NCBI GenBank assembly: GCA_044376115.1
Contig: JBILLK010000009.1
Span: 224,001-288,000, forward strand
Source: Polyangiaceae bacterium
GTDB lineage: Bacteria; Myxococcota_A; Polyangia; Polyangiales; Polyangiaceae
DNA: 64,000 nucleotides
Reading direction: 5' to 3'
The notes beneath the pieces were generated by a model. The model saw only the letters and a list, made by a program, of their open reading frames with translations, was not told the origin of the DNA and made no database searches. Position 1 is the first letter of the stretch; every line of letters begins with the position of its first letter. Of this stretch, positions 28,106 through 36,810 are shown one piece after another. A program made the position numbers and the translations under genes.

Positions 28106-29560
28106 TCAGAAGCGGCCGTAGGCCCCTATGCGAAAGCCTTGTTGATTTAGTTCCACGGCAGGCAGAATCGCCCAGTCGTCGACGGGGCGGCTTTCATAAC
28201 GCGATACGTCTTCCGCGCCGGCCGCGATGACACCACCCGCGATCGCGCTTCCGACGCCGAGGACCAGGCCAATGGCTCCGCCAATATCCAAGCCCAAGGT
28301 GACGTTCTTTAGGGCGAGCAGCGCCAATAGTTCATCATCGCAGACTTTGGCCTGCTCGGTTGAGGGGGCATCACATCCGGCGAAGCTCCCGGTGCTGTTG
28401 GTTTGGTCTGTTGAAAGGTCGCTGACTTCTCGTCGATTGAGGGTGTTGGCGCCCAGGATGATGGCTCCGGCTACTGCGAATAGGGAGCCTGTGCCGAGCG
28501 CGGCATACCCCGCAACCTGGGTGCTGGTACGCTCATCGCGACGACGTTGCAGTTCTTCAGGCAGCGGCGTTAGTGCGATGGCGCGGCGCACCACGGCTGC
28601 GTTTGGCTGCAGCTCGAGTGGGATCGTCATTGTCAGGTAACCGCTGCGCTCGAGCCGCAGCCTGTGTGGGCCTTGCGGGAGGCGTAGTTCGCCAGGGTTG
28701 GTTTGCAGCTCGCCGTTGACGAACACCGCCGCGTCGCTCGGGTCCAACGTCAGCTCGACTCGCATCGCCGACGTCGCTCGCTCCGCGCGATCTTGCTCGA
28801 GCTCGAGGGCGATCTCTGCGGAGCCACCTTCTGCCAGTACCAAGGTCTCGGCCCGGGGCAAGTAGCCAGCACGTCGCAGCTCGAGGCGATGGCTACCTGG
28901 CTCTACGCCGAACGATGAAACCAGCGGCGTCCGTCCAACCAAAATGCCATCGACGAGGATGTCCGCTCCGGGCAGTTGGCTCACGACGCGTACCTGAGCA
29001 AGCTTGGAAGCCAACGGCTCGAATTCGACAGTTAGCTGCACCGTTTGCCCAGGCTCGAGGCGAAGCGCTTTGCGATATGGCTTCTTGCCCTCCATGGTGG
29101 CCTCGAGTAGCAGCTCGCCTGCGCGGACCGTAAGCGATGGAGTGGCGCTGACCGGTTTGCCATCGATATGAATGGTCGCCCCTGGCTCGACGAGCAATTG
29201 TAGTTGAGCAAGCCGGGCCTTCTGCTCGGCTAATACCTGCTTTGCTTTGAGCAGCCTCTGAGGTTTGAGCTTGCCTGGCGCCTGCACTAAGCGCCCAAGT
29301 GCCTCGACGGCCGATACAGGGTCCTTCAGCTCGGCGTGGGTAAGCCCAAGATTGTAGAGTACGACCGGCAACGGAGCTACCGCATAGCTCGCTTCGAATC
29401 GAGCCAGTGCGTCCCCGTAGGCGCCTTGCTCAAACAGCTCAATGCCCTCAATGAAGAGTTGCTTCCCCTGTGTGTCCGAGGCTTGGGCGTGCGCAGTCCC
29501 GCCTAAGGCGGACATGGCCACGCAAAGGGTGAAGAGTCCAATCAGCAACTTTGAGCGCAT
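28106..29560 (-). CDS. TPR + multi-PEGA envelope protein (module 2)
   Basis: Signal peptide, TPR (ALARFEASY...LYNLGL), three PEGA-like repeats, hydrophobic helices, C-terminal FRIGAYGRF; TAATG overlap with the kinase. Confidence 0.85.
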   Translation of the reverse strand: MRSKLLIGLFTLCVAMSALGGTAHAQASDTQGKQLFIEGIELFEQGAYGDALARFEASYAVAPLPVVLYNLGLTHAELKDPVSAVEALGRLVQAPGKLKPQRLLKAKQVLAEQKARLAQLQLLVEPGATIHIDGKPVSATPSLTVRAGELLLEATMEGKKPYRKALRLEPGQTVQLTVEFEPLASKLAQVRVVSQLPGADILVDGILVGRTPLVSSFGVEPGSHRLELRRAGYLPRAETLVLAEGGSAEIALELEQDRAERATSAMRVELTLDPSDAAVFVNGELQTNPGELRLPQGPHRLRLERSGYLTMTIPLELQPNAAVVRRAIALTPLPEELQRRRDERTSTQVAGYAALGTGSLFAVAGAIILGANTLNRREVSDLSTDQTNSTGSFAGCDAPSTEQAKVCDDELLALLALKNVTLGLDIGGAIGLVLGVGSAIAGGVIAAGAEDVSRYESRPVDDWAILPAVELNQQGFRIGAYGRF

Positions 29561-30942
29561 TAGGGGTACTCCGCCGAGGTTGCGAGATGGCTGGTTCTTG
29601 CGGTGCTCGGGGGCTTGCGATTCGTTGTCGGGGCGCTAGCGCTGGCCGGGGGCGCGCTTAGCGTGGTCACGCTCGACGAAGCGGGAGGGGCTGAGCTCGA
29701 GCTGGCCACTCGTACTGTCGGAGATGCAGTGCTGGCGCTGGCTGGCTGGTCGGCCTTCACTTGTGCTGACTCCGCTACGCTGGTCGCGCTGGCGGTGGAT
29801 ACGCCGGTACGTTGCGCTAACGGGATGGCGACCACGAGCCCAAGAACCAGCGCGCCCGCCCCAAGCCCAATCACCGTGAGGGTTCGCGGACGCACGGCTG
29901 GGTCGCTTGAAGCTGCGGCGAGCCCCATCGTGGTGCTTCCGGGGATCATCGAGTGTCCTTCCGCGCGATGTTGGTGGTCGGGCGCAATCAAGGGCGCGCT
30001 CGGCCGTTCGAGGGCTTGCGGTCGCCCCGAAGCGAAGTTGCTCATCTTTGCGGGTAGGGCGGAAGTCCGTGTCGCTGCTTCTGCCTCATAGCGCAGCGCT
30101 TCTGCGAGTTTGAGTGCGCTCTCGAAGCGCTGGTTCTTGTCGGTGGCGAGAGCCTTGTCTGCCAACCGTAGAACAGAAGTTGGTAGCTCCGGCCTAAGTT
30201 CCGCTAAGGGTCGGCGCTCGCCGAAGCTGATCTTGCGGAGTAAGACCATGAGCTGATCGGCTTGGTATGCCTGTTGTCCGCTAAGGCATTCGTAAAGCAC
30301 AAGGCCAAGCGCGTGTACATCGGTACGTGCGTCGATCTGTCCTCCGCCATCGAATTGCTCAGGGGCCATATAGGAAGGCGTGCCGAGCATGGTGGTGCCG
30401 GTGGGCGAGGCCATCCGCGTGTGCTCGCCAGAGAACTTCGAGATCCCAAAGTCCAACACAGTAAGGTCTTGGTTCGGCTGCTTGAGAAACAGGTTGGCGG
30501 GCTTGATGTCGCGGTGAATGATCTCTTGTTGGTGTGCGGCGTGAAGGGCGAGCGCAGCTGTCTCTACGAGCCGCAGGCTGAGTTCGAGGGGCAAGCCTTG
30601 GGGGTGCCGCTCGAGGAGTTGCTCCAGTGATTCTCCACGGAGCAGTTCCATCAGCAGGTAGGGTTCACCGGTTTCGAGACGGCCAGCATCATAGACCTCG
30701 ACGATGTTCGGGTGGCCGATACGACCCGCAACGGAGGCCTCCCGCAGGAACCGGTCGCTCGCCTCGTGATTCGCACTCAGCTCGCTATGGAGGAGTTTGA
30801 GCGCTCTACGATGTTTAGTGTGGACGTGCGTTACTTCGAATACGGTGCCCATCCCGCCCTGTCCGAGCGTGCGCTCCACCCGGAACCGGTCGGCCAGGAG
30901 GGTGCCAGCTTCAACCTCCCGGCGGGGCGTCAAGGGCTGCAA
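29560..30942 (-). CDS. Membrane Ser/Thr protein kinase (module 2)
   Basis: GQGGMGTV, ALK, HRDIKPAN, DFG, GTPSYMAPEQ, TM helix, Ser/Ala/Pro tail. Confidence 0.92.
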   Translation of the reverse strand: MQPLTPRREVEAGTLLADRFRVERTLGQGGMGTVFEVTHVHTKHRRALKLLHSELSANHEASDRFLREASVAGRIGHPNIVEVYDAGRLETGEPYLLMELLRGESLEQLLERHPQGLPLELSLRLVETAALALHAAHQQEIIHRDIKPANLFLKQPNQDLTVLDFGISKFSGEHTRMASPTGTTMLGTPSYMAPEQFDGGGQIDARTDVHALGLVLYECLSGQQAYQADQLMVLLRKISFGERRPLAELRPELPTSVLRLADKALATDKNQRFESALKLAEALRYEAEAATRTSALPAKMSNFASGRPQALERPSAPLIAPDHQHRAEGHSMIPGSTTMGLAAASSDPAVRPRTLTVIGLGAGALVLGLVVAIPLAQRTGVSTASATSVAESAQVKADQPASASTASPTVRVASSSSAPPASSSVTTLSAPPASASAPTTNRKPPSTARTSHLATSAEYP

Positions 30943-31673
30943 TCCCCCGTGCCGTTCTCACACGGTCCGTAGGCGGCCCCAGCCGCGTCACACACCTGCA
31001 CGCCCTGCCCGTCCAAGCACGCGCAAGCTACCTGCTTGCCCGGCACGCAAACCACCACCGAGGCAGCGCAGCGGCCTCCCTCCTTGCCTTCGCTAATGTT
31101 GCATAGGCCGGTCTCGCAATCAGCGTCCGCTCGGCACTCGAAGTTGCATACCCCGACGCGACAAATGAAATCCGGATCGATCTCGGTGCACTCCGAGGTA
31201 AATTCACAATAAGAACCAAACCCGGCGCCTGGGAGCGTTGCGTCCACCGGCAATTGGCCGTTCTCATCGAGTTCAGCCGGCAACGCGCACGCGCGCTGCG
31301 TGCAGGTTTGGTCAGCGACGCAGTCTTTGTCCGTAATGCACTCGTCACGGCAGCGGCCGTCGGGCCCGCATAGTTGGCTGCCTGGGCACTCGCTCGAGTA
31401 GCTGCAGTCTCGCTCGTCCTGCAATTGACAATAGTGATCGGGCTTTTCGCCCAACATGCAGTGAAGGTTCTGCCCATCCGAGTCGAGTGGGCAGTCGGGC
31501 GTTTGATTGCACTCTTCGTGGCAACGGCGATAGACACATACGAGACCGCTGTTGCAGTCCGAGTCCAGCACGCAGCCGTCGCCCAGCGCCGCCAGAATGA
31601 CTTCAGCGTCGTTACAGGCGGTGAGGCTGACGAAGAGCGCTCCAGCGAGGCTTGTGCCGCCTTGCTTCAACAT
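30930..31673 (-). CDS. Cys-rich lipoprotein (AALG.GC family)
   Basis: Lipobox LTAC; paralog of 31667-32440 and of the N-terminus of 25942-28074. Confidence 0.78.
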   Translation of the reverse strand: MLKQGGTSLAGALFVSLTACNDAEVILAALGDGCVLDSDCNSGLVCVYRRCHEECNQTPDCPLDSDGQNLHCMLGEKPDHYCQLQDERDCSYSSECPGSQLCGPDGRCRDECITDKDCVADQTCTQRACALPAELDENGQLPVDATLPGAGFGSYCEFTSECTEIDPDFICRVGVCNFECRADADCETGLCNISEGKEGGRCAASVVVCVPGKQVACACLDGQGVQVCDAAGAAYGPCENGTGDCSP

Positions 31674-32440
31674 GATGCACCTTCCTTTTCACAGGCTCCG
31701 TAGCCGGACCCGTCTTCGTTGCAGCTCTGCGTCCCTTTACTGCCGTCGAGGCAATCGCATTCAACCTCACGATCCGGCTCACCCTGCTTTGGACTGCAGC
31801 GAAAGCTCCCCGCTTTACCGATCAATTGGCAAGTGCCCGGTTCACCATCGGTCGACGAACAGCGAGCGAAGCGCCCACAGTCCCGATCGTCACCCTGACA
31901 CGGGGTTTCGCAGAGCCCGGCGCGGCAGCTCAGCGGCCCAGCGCCTTGGCAATCCGAGTTGAAGCTGCATACTTTGCCCAACGCTGATTGCCCTGGAGCC
32001 AGAGGGAGATAGCCATTGGCATCGAGCTCGGCCGGTTCCGCGCAGGCCCCAGCGGCGCACGCTTGCCCTTGCACACAGTCACGTTCGCTTGCGCAAGCGT
32101 TGCGGCAACGTCCGTCATTGCCACAAACGAGGTCCCCCGCGCAATCACTGTGAACGGTGCAGCTGAGCTCCGTTTCAAGCAGACAAAAGCTCGTAGGCTT
32201 TTCGGAGACGCACCGTCCTGGCGCTCCATTTTCGTCGAGTGGGCAATCCTTGCTGGTGGTACACGGCTGATGGCAAACCTGAAAGGTGCAGACCAAGCCC
32301 TGGTCGCAGTCGGAGTTGAGCGCGCACCCTTGCCCCAGTGCGGCCAACACGGTCTCGGCATCCACCGTACACGCGGCCGAGCCGAGGCCAAAGCCGAGCA
32401 CAAGGGCGCACGCAACTGTGTTCTTCAACCAACCCCGCAT
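31667..32440 (-). CDS. Cys-rich lipoprotein (AALG.GC family)
   Basis: Lipobox SAAC; same Cys spacing as its neighbour. Confidence 0.78.
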   Translation of the reverse strand: MRGWLKNTVACALVLGFGLGSAACTVDAETVLAALGQGCALNSDCDQGLVCTFQVCHQPCTTSKDCPLDENGAPGRCVSEKPTSFCLLETELSCTVHSDCAGDLVCGNDGRCRNACASERDCVQGQACAAGACAEPAELDANGYLPLAPGQSALGKVCSFNSDCQGAGPLSCRAGLCETPCQGDDRDCGRFARCSSTDGEPGTCQLIGKAGSFRCSPKQGEPDREVECDCLDGSKGTQSCNEDGSGYGACEKEGASC

Positions 32441-32627
32441 TGCTCGAGAGAACTAGCGAAACTAGCTCGAGCTGGCAACGCTCAGTGTCGGTTTCCCCCA
32501 CCGCTCACGGTACCAAGTGAGCAAGAAGTTGCCGGTCGAACTTGTGATTGGCAAGTGCTTGCTCACGAATGGCGCGGGTCCCCTTTCGATCCGAGCCGTA
32601 AGCCCACGAATCTGAACCGCGGCGACT

Positions 32628-32643
32628 TGGCACATTCCTCGCA
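32628..32643 (+). promoter_or_regulatory. Putative sigma54 promoter of the MYXO-CTERM gene
   Basis: TGGCACATTCCTCGCA = GG-N10-GC; predicted +1 at about 32654, just before GGAGG (32655-59) and ATG 32667. Confidence 0.55.
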
Positions 32644-32666
32644 ATAGCCGATGCGGAGGCTTTGAA

Positions 32667-33338
32667 ATGATAAACGCTCGCTTTGGTTCAGTCGCTCTTC
32701 TCACCACCCTTTGCTCGCTGATGGCGCCCAGCGTCGTGTTCGCCAATGATGCGGACAAGGCTGCGTGCGCTGAGCTAACCGTAGATACCGATTGTGTGGA
32801 CGGCGATGGCCGAGCGGGCAAGTGCATCTCCGACGACACCGACCCGGTGCTTACCTGTGAAGATCTCGATAGCTACAACTGTATTGGGCTGAGTGAGAAT
32901 GCCGCTTGCGTGGACGCCGCTGGGCAGCCTGGTGCATGTATTCCTGATGCGAGCGACGCCGGGGCTCTTCACTGTGAGGATAACGCCACGCCTGGCGATG
33001 ATTCTGGCGAGGGCGGGTCGGGTGGAGACGACTCTGACGGGGGCGGTGATGATTCGGGAAGCGACGACACTGCAAGTGAACGTGAGGCTGACCGCATCGA
33101 GTGTGCCGAACTCTCCGAGGGCGATAGCTGCACGGAATCGGACGGTGATGAGGGCGCTTGCAAAGTCGATGACAGCGACCCCAACGTGCTCGAGTGCGAT
33201 GACGACGCGGTAGCCAGTTCGAGCAGCGCCTCGGCGGGGTGCAGCGCGTCTGGCGGGGACGCGACGAGCAGCGGCGTGCTGCTACTGCTTGGACTATCGC
33301 TTGCTGTTGCGGGGCGCCGCAGAAGCGTTCGCGGCTAG
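32667..33338 (+). CDS. Acidic Cys-repeat surface protein with MYXO-CTERM sorting signal
   Basis: Signal peptide, three 4-Cys repeats, C-terminal 'GCSASGG...LLLLGLSLAVAGRRR'. Confidence 0.8.
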   Translation: MINARFGSVALLTTLCSLMAPSVVFANDADKAACAELTVDTDCVDGDGRAGKCISDDTDPVLTCEDLDSYNCIGLSENAACVDAAGQPGACIPDASDAGALHCEDNATPGDDSGEGGSGGDDSDGGGDDSGSDDTASEREADRIECAELSEGDSCTESDGDEGACKVDDSDPNVLECDDDAVASSSSASAGCSASGGDATSSGVLLLLGLSLAVAGRRRSVRG

Positions 33339-33429
33339 TTGTCACCTGGGCCGGTTTTGGCGGGCGCCTGGCGCCTGGTAGGGTCTTGGCCGAGCTTGAC
33401 CAGTTCTGGGCCCCGGGTGACCATCGGCT

Positions 33430-34164
33430 GTGATCGAATCGCTCGATGGTCGCGTCGCCTTGGTGACCGGTGCAGCCCGCGGGATCGGAAAGGCCATTGC
33501 ACTCGCGCTTGCATCCGCCGGCGCGAGAGTGGCGGTAAACCACCGCACCGGCGAGGGAGAGGCCGTCGAGCTCGTGCGAGAGATCGAAGCGGGGGGCAGG
33601 CATGCCTACCCTTTCTGTGCTGACGTGACCGACGCGGACGCTGTCGAGGAGATGGTTCGGGAGATCGCTCGCGAGCTTGGGCCGGTGGACATCCTGGTAA
33701 ACAACGCTGGGATCGCGCGGCCCGTCCCAATCGACTCGCTGCGCCTCGCGACGTGGGACACCACCATGGCCGTCAATCTGCGTGCGCCGTTCATCGTCGC
33801 CTCTGCGGTTCTGCCGGGCATGCGCGCTCGCCGCTTCGGTCGACTGGTGTTCATCTCGTCGACGGCGGCTCGCGTCGGCGGCATCGTCGGCCCGCACTAT
33901 GCGGCGTCCAAGGCGGGCTTGGAGGGTCTTTCGCGCGCCTTCGCTTCGTCCCTTGCACGAGAGGGCATCACCTCCAACGCGATCGCGCCCGCATTGATCG
34001 AGACGGAGATGTTGGCAGGGAATCTGAGTGCGTCTGCAGAACGCGTTCCGGTTGGGCGTCTCGGGACGCCCGAGGAGGTGGCAGACGTCGTCGTATCGGT
34101 TGTTCGCAATCCCTACATCACTGGCCAGACCATTCAGGTAAACGGCGGCATTCACATGACGTGA
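33430..34164 (+). CDS. Short-chain dehydrogenase/reductase (FabG-like)
   Basis: TGAARGIG, NNAG, YAASK, PALIETEM, ITGQTIQVNGG. Confidence 0.92.
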   Translation: MIESLDGRVALVTGAARGIGKAIALALASAGARVAVNHRTGEGEAVELVREIEAGGRHAYPFCADVTDADAVEEMVREIARELGPVDILVNNAGIARPVPIDSLRLATWDTTMAVNLRAPFIVASAVLPGMRARRFGRLVFISSTAARVGGIVGPHYAASKAGLEGLSRAFASSLAREGITSNAIAPALIETEMLAGNLSASAERVPVGRLGTPEEVADVVVSVVRNPYITGQTIQVNGGIHMT

Positions 34165-34203
34165 GCGGTGTAACGGCGTGGCTCGTGCTGTACAGTCGCC
34201 GCC

Positions 34204-35229
34204 ATGCGCTATCGGACCCTCGGTAACACCGGCACCCAAGTCTCCGTCCTTTGCCTCGGTGCAATGACGTTTGGTGAGGCGGACGAGAAGTCGATGATGC
34301 ACAAGGTGGGGTCGAGCGAAGAGGAGAGCTTCGCGATCCTGGACCGTGCGCTCGAGGCTGGTATCAACTTCGTCGACACGGCTGACGTGTATGGCCAGGA
34401 CGGTCTCTCCGAACGTACTTTGGGCCGCTACCTCGCAGCCCGAAATGCTCGGGAGCGCGTGGTGGTGGCGACCAAGGGGCGCTTCCGCATGAGTCCGGGA
34501 CCAAACGGAACTGGCACGTCGAGGATGCGCATCACGCGAGCGATCGAAGCCAGCCTGACCCGGCTCGGCACGGATCGCATCGATCTCTATCAGATCCATA
34601 TGCAGGACCATCGCACGCCGGAGGAGGAGCTTCTGCGCGCGCTCGACGACGCCGTGCGCGCAGGCAAAATTGTCTATGTGGGCGCCTCCAACTACACGGC
34701 CTATCGGCTCATGGAGTCGCTCTGGGTGGCTGACAAACGCAACCTCTCGAGCTTTGTCAGCTTGCAAGCGCAATACAACTTAGCCACGCGAACGTTGGAG
34801 CGAGAGCACGTGCCGCTGTGTGCGCGTTTTGGTCTCGGTCTGTTGCCGTGGTCGCCCCTCGCCTCGGGGTTGCTTACCGGCAAATATCGCAGGGGGCAGG
34901 CTGCGCCGGAGGGCTCTCGGCTCGCGCAATGGAGGAGCCGTTACGAGCGCTTTGACACCGCAAGCAATTGGCGCATCGTTGAGGCTTTGGTGGAGGCTTC
35001 TACCGCATTGGACCTCCCGCCGAGCCAGGTTGCGCTTGCCTGGCTGCTGGCGCGCCCGGCTGTGAGCTCCGTGATTTTTGGTGCAAGAACTGTGTCCCAA
35101 CTCGAAGAGAACCTAGGCGCCGCCGAACTCACGCTCTCAGCCGAGGTGATGGCCAAACTTGATCAAGCAAGCGCCTTTGAACTCGGCGACCCATACGAGT
35201 TTATCAAGAACGTGGATGGGGCTTGGTAG
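34204..35229 (+). CDS. Aldo/keto reductase
   Basis: LCLGAMTFG, DTADVY, ATK, IDLYQIH, PWSPLASGLLTGKY. Confidence 0.93.
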   Translation: MRYRTLGNTGTQVSVLCLGAMTFGEADEKSMMHKVGSSEEESFAILDRALEAGINFVDTADVYGQDGLSERTLGRYLAARNARERVVVATKGRFRMSPGPNGTGTSRMRITRAIEASLTRLGTDRIDLYQIHMQDHRTPEEELLRALDDAVRAGKIVYVGASNYTAYRLMESLWVADKRNLSSFVSLQAQYNLATRTLEREHVPLCARFGLGLLPWSPLASGLLTGKYRRGQAAPEGSRLAQWRSRYERFDTASNWRIVEALVEASTALDLPPSQVALAWLLARPAVSSVIFGARTVSQLEENLGAAELTLSAEVMAKLDQASAFELGDPYEFIKNVDGAW

Positions 35230-35247
35230 TCGCGAACGAGGCCTTCA

Positions 35248-35874
35248 ATGGCTGTTGAGCCGGGACGCAAGAGCTACCACCACGGGGACCTACCTCAAGC
35301 GCTGCGCGAGGCGACCTTGGCGATCCTGCTGGAGCTCGGCCCCGAAGGCTTCACTCTGCGGGAGGCGGCCCGTCGGGTAGGGGTCAACCACCGCGCGGTG
35401 TACCGACACTTCGAGGATAAGCGAGCCCTCTTGGCGGCGGTCGCGGAGGAGGGCTATCGCTCTTTAGCGACCAGCTTGCGTACTTCAGTTGAAGCAATCC
35501 GCTCCCCGAACGATGTCGGCGAGCGGCTGGTTGCCTTATGCGAGGGCTACCTGCGCTTTGCTCGGCGTGAGCCGGCTCGCTATCAGGTGATGTTCGGTCC
35601 GCGGCTCAACAGTGATGGCCGTTTTCCGGCGCTGGAACTAGCCATTCAGGAAGCGCTATTGGTGCTCCGCGAGGAGCTCCGCAAGGCAGGTCCTGAGGCC
35701 TCGTCGCTCGCTCGTCGCGATGCAGGGATCACCTTGTGGGCCGCCATCCACGGCTTTTCGTCGCTGGTGCTGACGCAGAAAGTTCCGCTCTCCGAGCGTC
35801 AGCTCGCCCGCTACGTGGAAACCATCATGCGACCCGTGGTGAGTGGCGTCCTGATGACACTGGCTCGTCAATAG
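35248..35874 (+). CDS. TetR-family regulator (WHG-type C-domain)
   Basis: YHHGDL, HTH 'FTLREAARRVGVNHRAVYRHF', WAAIHG. Confidence 0.92.
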   Translation: MAVEPGRKSYHHGDLPQALREATLAILLELGPEGFTLREAARRVGVNHRAVYRHFEDKRALLAAVAEEGYRSLATSLRTSVEAIRSPNDVGERLVALCEGYLRFARREPARYQVMFGPRLNSDGRFPALELAIQEALLVLREELRKAGPEASSLARRDAGITLWAAIHGFSSLVLTQKVPLSERQLARYVETIMRPVVSGVLMTLARQ

Positions 35875-35911
35875 CTTCGGTTCTGTGCTTCTGCCAAGGA
35901 GCACAACCCGC

Positions 35912-35954
35912 TTGACGCCATCTTTGTCTGCGCTAATGTCTCCAGTGGAGACAT
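35912..35954 (+). promoter_or_regulatory. Sigma70-type promoter overlapped by a palindromic operator
   Basis: TTGACG (35912-17), 16 nt, TAATGT (35934-39); perfect inverted repeat ATGTCTCCA-G-TGGAGACAT at 35936-35954. Confidence 0.7.
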
Positions 35955-35956
35955 AA

Positions 35957-36808
35957 ATGCGAGTGTTCACCCTCCAGGCTACTGACGGATTTCCACTTAC
36001 GATTCGTGAGTTCGCGCCGAGTGGTGCGCCTCGCGCGGTCCTGCTTTTGGCTCCTGCCATCGGGGTAAAGCAAAGCTTCTACGCGCCTTGCGCCGAGTGG
36101 CTCGCGGAACAAGGCATCCTCGTTTGGACCTTTGACTATCGCGGAATGGGGGCTTCGCGGCCCCGGTCTCTGCGTGGTTTCTCGGCTTCCATCGTTGACT
36201 GGGCACGGAAAGACTGTGCCGCCATCCTCGACCAGGTCGCGTGGCATCACCCGCGAGTCCCCATCTACTGGTTAGGCCACAGTGTCGGCGCCCAACTGTT
36301 TGGCCTACTGCCGAATCGCGAGCGTGTCGCAGCCATGCTCAGCGTCGCCGCCGGCTCGGGCTACTGGCAATACAACGCAGCACCCCTTCGCTATTACGTG
36401 CTCAGTCTCTGGATGCTCATCATGCCAGTCGCGCTGCGGGTCAGCGGCTACTTCCCAGGGCGAAGGCTTGGTGCTGTTGGCGACCTACCATACGGAGTTG
36501 CCGAACAGTGGCGTCGTTGGTGCCTGCAAAGAGACTACCTTGGAGCCGAAGAAGAGCTGAAGCAGGCTCTACAGACGGTCAAAGTCCCCATCACGGCGCT
36601 CTCTATCCAAGACGACGAAATGATGACCTTTCGCGGAACTCAAGCTCTCTTCGCGCTCTACAGCTCCGCTCCGGTCACCTATTCGCGGCTGCGTCCCGCC
36701 GAGTATGGCGTGCAGCGCATCGGCCACTTTGGCTTCTTTCGCCCCGCGATGAAGGACGCGCTGTGGCCCATGATCCCCTCATGGATCGAGCGCTGCTCAC
36801 CATCTTAG
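35957..36808 (+). CDS. Predicted alpha/beta hydrolase (COG4757-like)
   Basis: PAIGVKQSFY, FDYRGMG, GHSVGAQ, IGHFGFF. Confidence 0.88.
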   Translation: MRVFTLQATDGFPLTIREFAPSGAPRAVLLLAPAIGVKQSFYAPCAEWLAEQGILVWTFDYRGMGASRPRSLRGFSASIVDWARKDCAAILDQVAWHHPRVPIYWLGHSVGAQLFGLLPNRERVAAMLSVAAGSGYWQYNAAPLRYYVLSLWMLIMPVALRVSGYFPGRRLGAVGDLPYGVAEQWRRWCLQRDYLGAEEELKQALQTVKVPITALSIQDDEMMTFRGTQALFALYSSAPVTYSRLRPAEYGVQRIGHFGFFRPAMKDALWPMIPSWIERCSPS

Positions 36809-36810
36809 CC

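Noticed and set aside
32549..32563. TGGCAAGTGCTTGCT as a sigma54 promoter
   Set aside because: GG-GC spacing is 9, not the strict 10.
32851..34773. Long antisense or alternative-frame ORFs (also 56686-58233, 7916-9130, 3703-4860)
   Set aside because: They shadow well-supported genes on the opposite strand, as expected from high-GC codon bias, and show no motifs.
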